DNA of 64,000 nt from Amphiscolops sp. MND2022 (GCA_964187785.1 OZ076409.1:76634001-76698000), one strand, 5' to 3'. Counted from the stretch's first letter, positions 1-12,793 are shown. Notes: generated by a model not told the origin, from the letters alone. Program-made: numbers and translations.

Positions 1-1
1 A

Positions 2-712
2 GCCCAAGGGCTGAGCGGCGGCTTGCAAGTAGTTAGCTAACCCCGGAATCCTTTGTTCTACTGCCCGAACGAAGTCGGATGAGTTGGGATGGGATAGTTG
101 GCCACGGCTTGCAGGGCCACTATCTATCACTGCCTGTTCGCCAGTGCTTCGCCCAATGAGATTCAGGTTCGGCACGGGTGGTAACCGGGACCCCGAGGGC
201 TCCCGATCAGAGACTCGTTGATTGGTTGAAGGAATCTGCTGAGTTCCATATGGTGCTCCAAAAGCAGGCGAGCCAGAGTAAGTTGGCGTCATCGACACTG
301 AATTCGGTGCTACAATTGGCAGCAACGAGGGAGCACTGGCAGGCATCATTCTCAAGGAGGCCTCTTGTTCAAATTTGGTACCTTGGCTGGCGCCGTATAC
401 CGCTGTGGATCGTTCGTCTAGAAATTGATGGGTAAGGTCGTAACCATCCCAGGCGCCATTGGCACATGTCAAGGCACGGCAGTAGCCAGCTACCTCAGTT
501 ACAATTGAGAGTGACACGCCCGGCAGCGTTTGCATGGTGTCAAGCTGAGTAAGTAATGCTGCTACACCAGCGATGGCCACTGGCGGAAGGCCATTTCGTA
601 ACCTGTCTTCTACAAATTGGGCCTGATTGACCCTCTGCGCTCGCGCAGATTCCTGAGGCCTTGCACTACTAGGCCCTGTTGCACGCACGGAGTTGCTTGG
701 GCAGTAGGCCAT
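2..712 (-). CDS. Extra ORF of Gypsy element 1 (>=237 aa, runs off the window), unknown function
   Basis: Manual translation from ATG at 712 (MAYCPSNSVRATGPSS...YLQAAAQPLG) has no stop down to position 2. It lies downstream of pol on the same strand. It is not in the ORF track because no stop is in the window. Confidence 0.7.
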   Translation of the reverse strand, partial: MAYCPSNSVRATGPSSARPQESARAQRVNQAQFVEDRLRNGLPPVAIAGVAALLTQLDTMQTLPGVSLSIVTEVAGYCRALTCANGAWDGYDLTHQFLDERSTAVYGASQGTKFEQEASLRMMPASAPSLLPIVAPNSVSMTPTYSGSPAFGAPYGTQQIPSTNQRVSDREPSGSRLPPVPNLNLIGRSTGEQAVIDSGPASRGQLSHPNSSDFVRAVEQRIPGLANYLQAAAQPLG

Positions 713-724
713 TATTTCATAGGT

Positions 725-746
725 CTAAAAAGGATGACTGTTAGGT
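725..746 (-). promoter_or_regulatory. Putative 3' splice acceptor (branch point CCTAAC + pyrimidine tract + AG) upstream of the extra ORF
   Basis: Minus strand reads CCTAACagtcatcctttttAG|acctatgaaataATG. Confidence 0.5.
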
Positions 747-1001
747 TTACCCGGTGAGTGTTGGTGGGAGCTTAAGGCTCGTCACCCAGTTACAGTGATA
801 CAACATCGGCTCCTTAAGGGAACCGTAACGAACTCAAATCTAACTAAATTACCTAGAACAAAAACATTTGAAGGAGTAACATAACAAATTAATATTTTGG
901 TGGCAAGAGTGTTCAAGACTCTTCCAGGGATATTACAATCAGGCAATGGTAAAGGGGGAAAAGGGGTAGATTTAAATGACGAGGCTATTTCAGCCTTATA
1001 C

Positions 1002-1460
1002 TTATATTGACACATACACGCGGCTGTGTGAAACCACATGAATACCAGTACCCTCGAACATGTTCGCTAAGGCATGGTACAGATTGACCAACGAGAAGGT
1101 AGGTCTCTCGGGGTCCAAAATGGGCACATGGACCCGTGCGGATCCCTTGTCCATTAAGCGCTGTACTAGGTGTGTCATGCAGCGCAAATAGTCGTCGGTC
1201 AGCAGCGGCGCACGCTGGTTTGCTCGTACTATCAGCAGATGAACACTTTGGTTGGGGTTTGGATTAACATCAGGGGGATGGTGAGCATCTCGCCCACCTT
1301 AGGCCGCAAGGAGAATACTTTTTCTATGCCACATTCTCGCAGCACGTATCGCAAGGCGGCTGAGTTAGTTTTCAGGTCAGCGGGGCATGCTAACACAATG
1401 TCGCCTTCTGCTTGCAAAAAGTCAGTTTCGTCGTACGAGACATGTTCGGCTGAATTTGGA
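1002..1460 (-). pseudogene. Degenerate TARG1/OARD1-like macrodomain at the Pol C-terminus of element 1
   Basis: Joining ORFs 1232-1618 and 1002-1187 across one frameshift gives VSYDETDFLQAEGDIVLACPADLK...KVGEMLTIP...VHLLIVR...YLRCMTHLVQRLMDKGSARVHVPIL...LANMFEGTGIHVV, which follows the TARG1 secondary-structure pattern. The GxGLD motif is absent. Confidence 0.55.
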
Positions 1461-1659
1461 TATAGGGCTCCCGGGTAAACAATTTCTCGTCCGGGTCCAT
1501 TATCGGAGAGAAGGCACACGCGAGGCGCGCGTCCTTGAATCGCAGCCAGGTCTTGCCATACCGAGCGTGGCATCGCTCGATTGTCGCTGCCGGCTTTGAC
1601 CCATGTATCCAGAGTCACCAGGGCGGCTTTTGGGAACAGAGGGACCTCAAATGTGTGAG

Positions 1660-2075
1660 TCTACTCATCTAGCAATCGAATTCTGGGATAGGTGGCGAAG
1701 CAGGTAATGATTAGTTCTAACCACCATGCAAACTTTACCTTGCCCCGATACCAATCTACGATGTGGAAGCAAAGTATCTAGTCCGTAGTAGTCAGGGTTC
1801 TAAGACTCACTAAACAGGACAGCAGGTGCAGCGGTTCCACGATAGTCTCCACTCGTGGAGCAGTAACCAGCAACCACCAATGAGGGGCAGGACTGTATAC
1901 TCCACCCGGTTCCACTTGCACTCCGTACTTGTCACACAACAGGTCAGAAGTGATGCACCGGGCCATTTGCACGGGTTCCCTTTCAAAATTGAATGGTCCA
2001 AACGCAATGTTGTTGGGCACGGGGCATCACAAGAGGCAACGTAAACTCCAGGCCCTTCTCATCACTATCTCATCA
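1660..2075 (-). pseudogene. Second, more diverged macrodomain-like repeat in element 1 Pol tail
   Basis: Read through an in-frame stop: ...EPGGVYSPAPHWWLLVTAPRVETIVEPLHLLSCLVSLRTL...ILCFHIVDWYRGKVKFAWWLELIITCFATYPRIRLL. This parallels the TARG1 C-terminal half. Confidence 0.35.
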
Positions 2076-5000
2076 CTAGTCCACTCCTTGAAACGGGGGC
2101 AGGGAGCTTTCTCTACTCCAGGTAATGATAGCTTCTCAAAGATAGCGTCCACGGGGTGATTTCCAGATCGTTCCACGGCGGAGTAGGTTTTCTCGGCCCA
2201 CACTGTGAGGCGGTGTACTAGTTTTTCTCTCTCTTCCGGAGGAACTCCCCGGGCTCCAATGGGAACCCTCCGGTTCTCTTTCACAGCTAACAAGCAGACA
2301 CAGTCTCGCAGCCCGCAGGTTCCGCATTTGTAGCGCGGCTGTCGCTTACTTCTCAGTTGATATCTTGGAGCTTCGGATGCTTCTGCGGATTTTGGGTTTT
2401 CGGTCTCGGCCTGGGTTGCTGTTTCGGCTAAGGCCTCGGTTTCAACGTTCGTGGTTGATTCTTTCCTCCTCGTTTTTGCCTTTGCTCGGACTAGCCGTTT
2501 CTTCTGCGCCTTGGGCGGTCTCCCCCTCCCCCTTTTAAAAGAAGGAGCGGTCCCCGCTCCGGGCGACGCTGCGGGAATGTTAGGGAGTTTGGGCTGAACG
2601 TCACTCTCATCGCTGGCAGATTTCAAAAGAATTGGGGGAGCGGTCGGCCAGATGGGATAGTTGCTAAGGAAATTAGTCAGTGAGGGATTCGTTAATAAAG
2701 ATGCCGATGTCCCCGGCAATGAGTCCTTATCAGAAGATGAGATTTGTGGAGACGGTGAGCGCACGCGCTCATGCTCGGAGAATAGTTGAGGTAGAATACG
2801 GGCGGGTGATATTGATTGATCTGAAGCAGCCGGAGGAGCCTCGGGCGCCGCTTGACCTGCATTAAATAGATCCGGAGGTACCGGCAACATGACATCAGAT
2901 AATTCGTCATCAGTACCCGATGTGCAATAGTCAAATTGCTGGTAATGCATACGCGAGCCTCCTGCGCGTAGCTTTGTACGTAATCGAGTGTCCATCCAGT
3001 GACGTTTGCGTGAGGGCAATGACGCATCGGACGCTTCTGAAAGCAGTTGTTCGGACTTATACGAGGGAAGCGATTTGTCGTCGTCAACCACGTCAACAGA
3101 GCGTTCAGGCTCGGGGTCCATAAGTACCACTATTTCGCCGCTGTCCGCGGGTCCAGCAGCGAGTTCAAGAGGGCCACTATGATGTGGTTTGAGGCGCTCG
3201 AAATGAATTTTTGGCCCGTGTCCAGTACGTAGACACGACCGTCCTGGAAGACTTGCACAACTTTGTGAGGGCCACGCCAAGCGCGCATTAGCTTGGGGGA
3301 GCCTTTTTGCGGCACGTAACGGCAAAAAAACCAGACGAGCTCTCCCGGCTGGTAGGCTCGCGCTTGTATCGCACGGTCGTATTTTAGTTTTTGGCGTAGT
3401 TGAGCCTGGTGTGTGTTACGTCCCACCAAGTCATGAAACCAACACGTGATCGACGTACGCTTCATGCGTTTCGAAAGATTTGGCGGCAAATTCGGGGTAT
3501 AGAAACGTAAGAGGAATGGCTTTCTCCATGCCCCGCGTTAACATGTAGGGTGAGAAGCCAGTGGTAGCGTGCCTCGTTGAATTATAGGCACCCATGACTT
3601 CGTCTAGACATTGGTCCCAGTCGCGCATGCGGCGGGAGCAAAAGACTCGCAGTATGGTTAATAGTGTTCGATTTTGGCGTTCTACCAAGCCTTGGTTCCT
3701 GGGATGCCCTGCAGTGGAAGTCACTTTCGTGACGTGGGCTGCTTTCAGGAATTCATTGGATACTTCGGCAGTCAAGTTCGGAGCATTGTCTGATTGCATT
3801 CGAGTGGGTGTGCCATGACGGGCCAACCATTTCTGCAGCAACAACCGAGAGGTAGTTACAGCGTCATAGTCGTGATGACCGCAAGGAACTGCTTCTGCGA
3901 ACTTGGAGAAATGATCGATGATGACCAATATGCCAGTGTTGTTGTTGTCTGAGGGGCAGATTTTCAGATGGTCATACTGGACCAGTTCATTGAAGTATCC
4001 GCTCTGGATGTTCTTCAGATGGAATCGGACGTCACCAGGCTTGTCTCGTACTTGTTGGCAGGTGAGACACTGGCTAACGTAACGACCCACGCTGCGTCGA
4101 ATGCCAGGCCATGTGTGGCGTTCTTGGATTCGGGCCACCACTTTTGAGATGCCCTGATGTCCCATGGCGTCGTGCGCCCGAAACAAGATCTCGTGTTGAT
4201 ACAGTTGAGGCATGATGATCATGCACGGACGTTCGTGCAAGGGGCGTTGGTTGGGGGAATACCGTACGCAGAGAATATCATTTATGTTGATGAACAAGAG
4301 GTCTTTCTTCTGGCGGTAGTAGTTACGTGCGAACTTGCGCACGTTCTCAGGGAAGATGTCGTGGTCAATGGACTCGTTCAGCACCAGCTTTTTTAGTGCC
4401 AGTACATGCATATCACGATTTGGGCTAAAACCAACTCCTTGATTCCATGCACCCTGTGAGCATGTTCGTGAAGTTCGGTGTTGATGTCTTTGAGGGCCTT
4501 GATGGAGTCACGTACACCCGAAGGAGTACATTGCAGGCTGGCTGCACTCGCTCCGGCAACCGGGTAGACAGTTCGCGAAGGTACGTTGACAGCATGCGTC
4601 GGCAACAAATAATCTTCACGAGCCTCAGCGGTGACATCGATCCAGTCTTCCGGATAGTCTGGGTAGAACTCTTCGTTCGGTTGTAGTGCGAGAGGGGGTG
4701 GTGGCGGCAAGGGCGCTGCCAGCGCTTTTGCTTGTTTCTCTCGTCGGGTTGCCCGTTGAGTGCGGCGAAGCACACGTAATACTGGGCTGGGAGCCTTAGG
4801 CTCCAGGTTCTGCAGATGCTCGGGGAGATCGGGATGATTCGGAATCACCCGACCTTGGAGGTCGAACCAGGGGGCAACAGGGAGCTTGTCGAATTCTTCA
4901 GCCGACACGAAATTCCAACGCTGTCCCGCGGCTGGCAGCTGCGCAAGTTGTTTCTCTCGGCATCGATATTCATTAGTTCGCTTGCTCAAGCCGTCGGCGT

Positions 5001-6430
5001 TGCGATGCTGAGTTCGTGGGCGGTGTTACACGCGAAAATGATATTTCTCCAGGGTCATGACCCATCGGCCAATCAGTGCTTGATCCGTGGAATATGTTTT
5101 CAACCAGGACAAATCTTGGTTGTCCACCCTCAGGGTGAACTTTCGTGGACAAAGATAACTGTGGTACTTCACAATGAAGCAATAGGCTGCAAACACTTCC
5201 AATTTGGGAGCCCCATACTTGGCTTGTGTGGTCGTGAGTTTCTTGCTGCCATACACAATTGGTTTCAGGCGCCTTTCGCCAGGAAGACCTTGCCATTGGT
5301 GGAGGATGCCAGAGATGGCAACAGCGCTGGCGTCTGTGTCCAGCACGAATTCTCCTTCGGAATCGGGCTGCGCAAGCGCAGTTGCCTCGATCAGTGCTTT
5401 TTTTATTTCGTTAAATGCTTTTTGCTGTTCGGGACCCCAGGTGAACGTGACGTTGAGTCCGGTAACGGTGTGTAAGGGTGCGACTAATTTGGCGTGCCAG
5501 GGAATAAATTCGCGATAATAGTTGGCGAATCCCAGGAAGCTCTGCATTTCTGTTTTGTTGCGGGGAATCTCCCAGTCGCGCAATTTGGCAACGGCTTTCG
5601 GGTCTGGTTTCACGCCTTCCGCGGAGACGACACGTCCCAAATATTTGATCTCCGATTTCATGAAATCGCACTTGGCTACGCGCATTTTGAAACCAGCTTC
5701 ACGGAGGCACTCAAAGACTTCGCGTAGTCGTGCCATGTGGTCTTCTACAGTCTCGGTTGCAATCACAATGTCATCGATGTAGGCCATCACCATTTGGCCT
5801 TCGCGGTTGACAATGTTCCGTAGCGCGCGCGCTATCGCTCGCTGGAAAGTGGCTGAAGCGTTACACATGCCGAATGGCATTTGCCGCCACTCAAAAAGCC
5901 CTAATTCGCAAGCAAAAACGGTTTTGTGACGATCCGCCTTTCGCACAGGAATTTGCCAAAATACCCAGGCAAGGTCTATGCTGGTGTAAATCTTGGCTTT
6001 ACCCAGCCGGGCCAGGCTTTCATCGATTCGAGGCAAAGGATAGGCATCTTTGATGGTCACCTCGTTTAACGGGCGGAAGTCACAGCAGAAGCGTAACTCC
6101 CCGTTTTTCTTTTTTACCATCACAATGCCACTCGCCCAAGGGGACAGCGAGGGTTGTATCATTCCCAAGGCCAAGAGGTTCCACACCTCTTGGTTGGCAC
6201 GCTCAACCTTTTCAGGGGACATCCTACGAGCACCTTCGCGATGCGGCACAGCCCCTGGCTCCACCTCTACGGTGTGTTTAGCGATAGTACAGCGGCCGAT
6301 GTCAGCCTTGTGTTTCATGAACAAATCATCGAACTCATTAAGGATCCTACCGAGGGACTCGCAGGCGCTAGCGCCTCATAAATCCTTAACTTCTTGCAGC
6401 TGAGAGTCTGGTCCGGGAATTGGAGCCATT
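2027..6430 (-). pseudogene. pol: pol of element 1 (RT, RNase H, integrase, long C-terminal extension), frameshifted
   Basis: ORF 5026-6324 has RT (SPWAS, DFRPLN, MPFG, YIDD) and RNase H. ORF 3431-4411 has integrase (HDAMGH, CLTC, QYDH, QSDN, VERQN). ORF 3130-3489 has the GPY/F-type region (WRGPHKV). ORF 2027-3325 has an AT-hook (KRGRGRPPK) and CGTCGLRDCVC. Confidence 0.9.
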
Positions 6431-9400
6431 AGCTCTTGGTCGGTACGTTTGGAATTTCACGCTCCGAAAGTCCTGACTCACTAGGATCAGTTGAGGATAA
6501 AAACTCAAATTCTGAAAAAGAAGTTAATTCAGAAGCAGTGGATAGATTCATTTCACTGTACACTTTACAAACAAAATTTGCTCGACCGTTGTCGGCGTTA
6601 GTTCCTTCATTGGTCGTTGTAGAAGAGCCCAGATTCTGAGGCACTGCCTGGTACACCAATGACACGGGTACTACGGTGCCCAGTTGAACACCACACCGTA
6701 CGCGTTGTGGATCACTGGTGAGGTTTATCAGACTCACGTACAATGTGCCTGTCTCACTGACAGTGGCCACGCTGTCCTCTAAAAAGACGATGTTATGCAA
6801 TGAAGTGTCAGATAAAGAGGCGTTAAGCGCTACGCTTTGGAAGATCATTGGCTCCAGCGCATCGGTGACGAGCTTAGCTCTAGCCACCGCACGTTCGAAA
6901 GGCTGCAGGACTACGTCACAGTCCAGAACAACCGGGGTAGTTAATGAAGCGTCACCTACCTGTGCATGTGCATGATGCCAGACAGGTTTCACTGGTGCTC
7001 GCACCACGATCTTCATGGATGTAAGGTCCACTAAGACCTGATAGGAGCGGAGGAAGTTCCGCCCTAGGAGGAAGTCCTCCACACCCATAGCGTCATCCAC
7101 CACGACAAAGTTCGTTTCAAGTTCGTATCTTCCCAATTGGAAGTGGATACATTCTGCCAGGCCGTAGGTCTTTATCGTCTTCCCATTGGCGGCATACAAG
7201 TCCACCTGGTATGGTTTCAGGACAGTACCGGTCTGCGCTGCCACTCTATTGAAAGCAGAGAATGTCAATATGGACACGCCAGAGCCAGTGTCCACCAGTC
7301 CTCGCAATGGGATTGGTGCCGCGTGGGGCACGACGAATGAGACAACGAGCGACGCACGCTCATCTATACGTGCTTCACCAGTTGGTTCTTGGTGATTTAT
7401 ATTGTAGCACTTCAGTTCTTGAGGGCCCAGGCATAGGCCCGGTGGGAATACATCCACTACCACGCAAGCTTCAAACTTCACATCTACGCCATCCATCGTC
7501 GCGCAGACGGGCACTGGAGAGTACGTCGTCAGGGTTTTGGACTCTCCCGGAGCGTACCACTCCTTTGGACGGGGCAATTCGACTCGTGTATAAAAGATGG
7601 ACAACTCGACCCAGAGTTTTGCGAGGGTCAATGTTGGTCTGCGGACTTGTTCGGCAGCTAACAGCAAGTGGATAGATATTAGCGTTCGTCCTTGCGGATC
7701 GAATGTTGTAGGCTCCAAGCAGGTTTGGACTTGCTTAGCACCGCAGGTGAACGTCAACGGAGTGTGGAATGCAGGTGGCTGCGCCGGGTGTAGCATCAGT
7801 ACACGATCATCTTCTAGAGGCACTGTATGCGCGGCGACGCCAGCGGAGTCGACTTCAGCCCATGGGTTGTAGGCAAATTCATCGTTGGGCTTCTGGGTTT
7901 GGGAGTGCTCGCCACATTGCACTCCGGCATGGTCAAAGACTCCACAGTTGGTGCATTGGTAGATTCCGGGATAACCTTCGAGAATCCCATCGGTTGTGTC
8001 TTCGGCAGTTACTTTCACGCCTTCAGGTTCAGAGGCGGCTAGGGGTTTGCGGGCTTGCTCGCGATTGGGACACTCGCGAGCGAAATGTCCGTTTTGCCCG
8101 CAATGGAAGCAAGCACCTGCTGGTACTCGGGCTGGAATCATAACAGCGGGAGCTGCTGGGGCATTTGAGGGAGGCGCCGGGGGTGGCAATACGCCTTGTG
8201 GCATTGCCATTTTGTTCGGCGGCAACGGTACAAAAGGATGAGGTCGAGACCTCATGGCCAATCTGGGATCGTAAGGTTGTTGGGGTTGTGTTGGTTTGGG
8301 ACGGTTACGCTGTAATTGGCGAGTGGTGAAGCGCAAAGATTCCACCGTAGGGGGGTCCGTGAGGAAAGTTTCTGAGGCATACACTATGACGAGCTCTCGT
8401 CGCAATATTGGATCTCGCACACCTTCCATAAAGCGTTGCAGGATCTCATAGCGTTTGGTAGTGATACTCTCCTGCGGGAAGCCCTGACTTCTGAGACCCT
8501 CTAGAGCGTCCAGGTACTGCATCCAGTCCTCCTTCTCTTGTTGGACACGACTTTGGAAAGTTTGCCGTACCTGCATGTGATTTCCTCCGGCTCCGAAGCG
8601 ACTGGACAACAGCTCGAATACCTTTTCGGGAGTGTCACGTTCAGACTCGGCTTTGTTGATGATGTAGTTGCGAGCTTCACCTTCGAGGTGACTGATGATG
8701 CTCCAGGCCCGGTCTTCAGCCGAGACCTTGGTCTGAATTCGTTTCAGGTATCTCTGCATAACGAGGATCCATCCATCGATAGACCCATCCTTGGAACCAC
8801 GGTACACGTTGGGTCTGGTTTGGGCCAGATCCCGCCCTGCGAGCAAAGGTGCCAGTTCCTTAGACATAGCTTTGGATATGGCGGCAGTGAACCTTAGCTG
8901 TTCGGGGGCGATGACTGCAGCCTCTCCTTCCTTGGGTTCCGCCTCGTTCGTTCCATCGTCACTACCGTGCGTGGCTTGCACCGATAGGTCCATCGTCTCT
9001 TCCTTCTTTCGAGTGCTGCTCGCACAAGGAGTGCCCGAGGGCATTCCGTCATAGGCTGTTAGGTCGGCTGTCAAGTGCAGGGAATTTGGTCCGGGCCTTG
9101 TGGTAGGGGCCGTCACGTACGCGGCTCCTTCAGTTTGGGATCCCAGTGTGACTTTGGTGCTGGCTAAATCAAATTCGGTAGAAGAATCTAGATAGATAGT
9201 TGACATTGGGTCCACACCTTGGTCTCGGGTGGCGCTATTGGCTGCAGATGGGGTCATCAGACTCGTAGAGTAGGAGTCATGGGGCCCTCTCATCTGCACT
9301 CGTGCAGGTTTGCGCTCTGTTTCAGACATGATGAGCACTGGATCCTTGACCCGAGTTTCAGGCACTGTTGGTTTGGAGGCACTGGGTTTCAGCGCGCTGG

Positions 9401-10391
9401 TTAACTCCGGCTTTATCGCTCGACTTGGGTGTGGTTGTTCCGGAGCCTTGGTGGAGCTCCCAGCTGGCATACCCTTTCCTGCACCAAGTGGTCGCGGGAG
9501 GGACCTCTCACGCCTCATGGTGTTGATAGCGTTGAGCACAGTATGCATTTGGTTGCTCAAGTCGTTGATCTGGGTCTCTACGCGCAGCTCACGGGCCATT
9601 AGCAAGTCATTCATTTCGCCCATTCGATGGCCTAGTGTGTCTACTCGGGCACTCTGCACATTCTGCGCGGTACCCAATTGGTCACTAACTTGTAGACCTT
9701 CCCGCATCGTCATTTGCATCGTTCTCATGTTTTCGACAATGGCATGATGCTGCTCATTGCACTCAGCACGAGTGCTGGCTAATCCTGCTAAGGCACGCTG
9801 GGTCTCGGCTTGGGCATCCAATAGTGCTGCCTTATACACCGAGGACCGCTGGGGCGATGCCACTGAGCCAGCCGCACTCCTCGTACGCGGTGCATCGAAG
9901 TAGCGTTCCCCCGCGTTCATCATGGGCGGTCGCACCCTCTTGTGCTTTCCGTAGGCACAAACTCGAGTGAACCCTCGAGCAAGTCCCGATCCTTGTGGTC
10001 TCTAATAATTCGCGTTTTCCACATAGGTGAGGTCTTGGTCCACAGCGACTTGCAAGCGCGAATTCGTTTCTTCGCTCAGGGGTGCTCGGGAGCACCCTTC
10101 CTCGGCTACGGGTTCGTTAGTTACGTTTGAGTTGGGCCACTCCTCTTCTGCCTCGTTGGCTCTTTCGCGGCATGTCTCGTCGACCCATTGCTCAGTGCGT
10201 CGGGAGCTTCCAGAAGTGACTAAACCGTCAGAGGGGGGAGCCATGGCGGCCAGTTCCTCCTTGCGTTGTTGTTCTATAGTAACTTCGTCAGACATTTCGT
10301 CTGAAAAATGCGAACCGTCCATCGAGGATTCATGCGTTGCCCAAGACTGCGAGCTCAGGTCGGATTTCGCTGGACTTCGCATGGTTATCAT
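6429..10391 (-). pseudogene. gag: gag-protease of element 1 (one frameshift near 9950-10000)
   Basis: 1168-aa ORF with coiled coil, capsid-like region (YRGSKDGSIDGWI...LEGEAR), CCHC knuckle, a second degenerate knuckle (CTNCGVFDHAGVQC) and an in-frame DTG protease. The upstream 129-aa ORF is the likely N-terminus. Confidence 0.85.
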
Positions 10392-12361
10392 ACACTATAT
10401 CAGTGGCCAAACGAGCACTAGCAACTCAGACGTCGCTCCTGTGTCCTCAATTTTCCGAAATACGTTCTAGGGGTTGTAGGCTGCTCAAATTCGCACAGCG
10501 CTTTCTCACAAGCGCACTGGGCCAGAAAATCAACCTGGTTTAGGGCAGAAAATCTCCGGTCACTTACAGGAAGAATTTCAAGGAATTTTTGGATTTTCCA
10601 AAAATCGCACAACAAGACTCAAGAGGCTCGTGTGTGCGCTAGAAACGCCGTATCAAGCCCAAAATTGACCAGCGTGATTTTAGGTACACGTAGATTTACG
10701 AAAATGAACACCGTTTTGAGCTGCGCTCTTTCTACACAGTTTCACCTAGGTACAGACGTGCGGTACCACTATGTACTAAGATGCACTGTTTTTCACGTCT
10801 TTTACAAGATTGCGGTCCAATGGAGAGAGCTAGCAAGCTCAAATTCTCTGCAGCAACGTAGGAACTAGCACAATGTACAATGGTGGGCTGCAATATAGCC
10901 TCACCCGTCGGCTAAGGTGCCCGGGTTACTTGGAAAAACTAAAAAAAATTTGCCTTTTTGCGCACTTTTTGGGCACCCCGTTTTTGCTATTTTCTCAACA
11001 ATTATCACACACAGATCAGCACCAAACTTGGTAGTCTATGCCAGTGGGCACCTACAATGCCACTAACATGGTCGAATTGAAGCGCGAGCGCTTATTTGAG
11101 GTTTCGACCCACTAAGTACGTTGTATACGAAAAAACAGTTTTTGATCACTTTTTTCACAAATTGACCAAGAGGATCACCTCAGGAAGTGATACGGCGGAC
11201 AAAATGGGACCAACGTGTTGCCCCACTCTCCGTAGCACTGGGATAAACCCTCAATTGGTTGTGCCCGTTAGGTATAAGGCACTGACAGTCCGGCAGTTTT
11301 GGACTTTTCGGTCCTTTTATGCTTTTCTGAAGTCGAAACGTCAGAGAGCTTTTCTCAACTTTGGTGACCGATACGCTCACTAAATTTTCGGCACGAATGT
11401 TAATTTCTGTGGTGATTACGCAAATGCAACCACTTTTTGGCTAGGGTTCAGGAATCGATGACCCGACCCTAGTCTGGAGACAGTCCGGTTTAGTGGAAAA
11501 CTGATCAAATTCAGTGCGTTTTTCCACTTTTCTCAGCACTGAATGGGAATTTTTACACGCGGTTTTCACCACAATGCGTTATTTTTACTACAAAAACAGA
11601 AAATGAGAGTGTTTGGAGCCGCTCTGTTCAATTAGATTTCGCTCCCAAGACTTTCAGACAATGCACTTTCTATGCCTGAAAGCGCCTTAAATCACAGGTT
11701 TTTTACACCGTGTCAGCCCCGGGCTGCCTGAATCCGCTACAAAAGTTGCAGTTAGTGTCCTGTGGGTTAGTTACGCTTGCAAAAACACCGTACACTGCTT
11801 TTCCATGCTTCTACACAAGTGTACGCCTGTGCTTTTAGGTGCCTTTTAGGCCAAATTTCCACTTTTTTGCAATTTTCTGGTACTAAATCGGCACTTTTAT
11901 CACAACCAAAGGTCAGAATACTGCCTCTCGTGCCTTGTATCAGCTTTCTCGAGCCTTGTAGCTGCTTTTTACAACACTTTTCGCAAAGTTTTCCTGGTTC
12001 CACTGAGCACGAGTGCCCGAAACCAAGAAAAACACCAAAAAAACGCAAAAACGAGGTTTTTTTGCTCGAGTGCCATCTTTTTCGCAGATGTAATGAAAGT
12101 TTGGACTTTAAAGCCATTGTTGAAAGTTTTTTATTGAGAACTCGCCAATACTTCCTGAAGACAACGTTTGGAAGGAACTAATATTATGCATTGAAAAGGT
12201 TTAGACTCTTTTCCACGATTCCAGAGGAAATAGTGCTGTTGAAATACGTTTGTTGACGTAAAAACGAAAATGAAACCTTTGGTAATTTGCTATTTGAAAG
12301 CAGATCAAGTTTTTCTACATTACGTTTTGTACGTATTTGTCACTCTTTTAAGGCTACCAAA

Positions 12362-12793
12362 TGTAACGATAAGCGCTGGCGCTTGAACCGTAACTTAGAG
12401 TGGAGGAACTAGAACAGCGAATATAATCTGGGACTTAGATCTCCGCGGCCCTAGCTCATTTTCCCTCCGAAGGAGCCAGTCCCAAGGTGGGGGAACCGTC
12501 TTGTAAGAAACTCTCTGGCCTGGTCTGTAACTGCTAAAAGTAACAGGCATCTTGCATAACTCAAGACCACTGCTCAACTAGCCTTTAAAAAGAGGGCTGA
12601 AAACAAGAAGAGGTTGAGCCATAGTATTGGAGAATCTGATAAAATCGACATATCCAAATAGGTAAATATAGATGTTCAAGGGCAGCCCTCGAGCATATCA
12701 ATCTACAGCAAAGAGAAATACAACAAAATTAACAGTTTGAGTCATTTTGGTAGAAATTGACCTCGGCTCCCAGCGCTAGCGCTCGTCACCACA
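12362..12793 (-). repeat. Candidate 5' LTR of element 1
   Basis: Minus strand begins TGTGGTGACG, ends CGTTACA (imperfect terminal inverted repeat) and is followed by TT-TGGTAGC (PBS-like). The second LTR is not in the window, so this is unconfirmed. An alternative LTR end/PBS lies near 10760-10772. Confidence 0.4.

Larger units (their letters stand above)
1..12793 (-). mobile_element. Ty3/Gypsy LTR retrotransposon (element 1), decayed; 3' end lies beyond the left window edge
   Basis: Minus-strand ORFs give Gag CCHC (CFHCGQNGHFAREC), protease (LVDTGSG), RT (YIDD), RNase H (LDTDAS) and integrase (HHCC, D-D35-E) in PR-RT-RH-IN order. Several frameshifts and stops. The right boundary depends on a candidate LTR. 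Confidence 0.9.

Noticed and set aside
2680..10470. Many plus-strand ORFs over element 1
   Set aside because: Antisense shadows of gag-pol with no motifs.
12362..12793. Independent solo LTR insertion
   Set aside because: No target-site duplication on its flanks.
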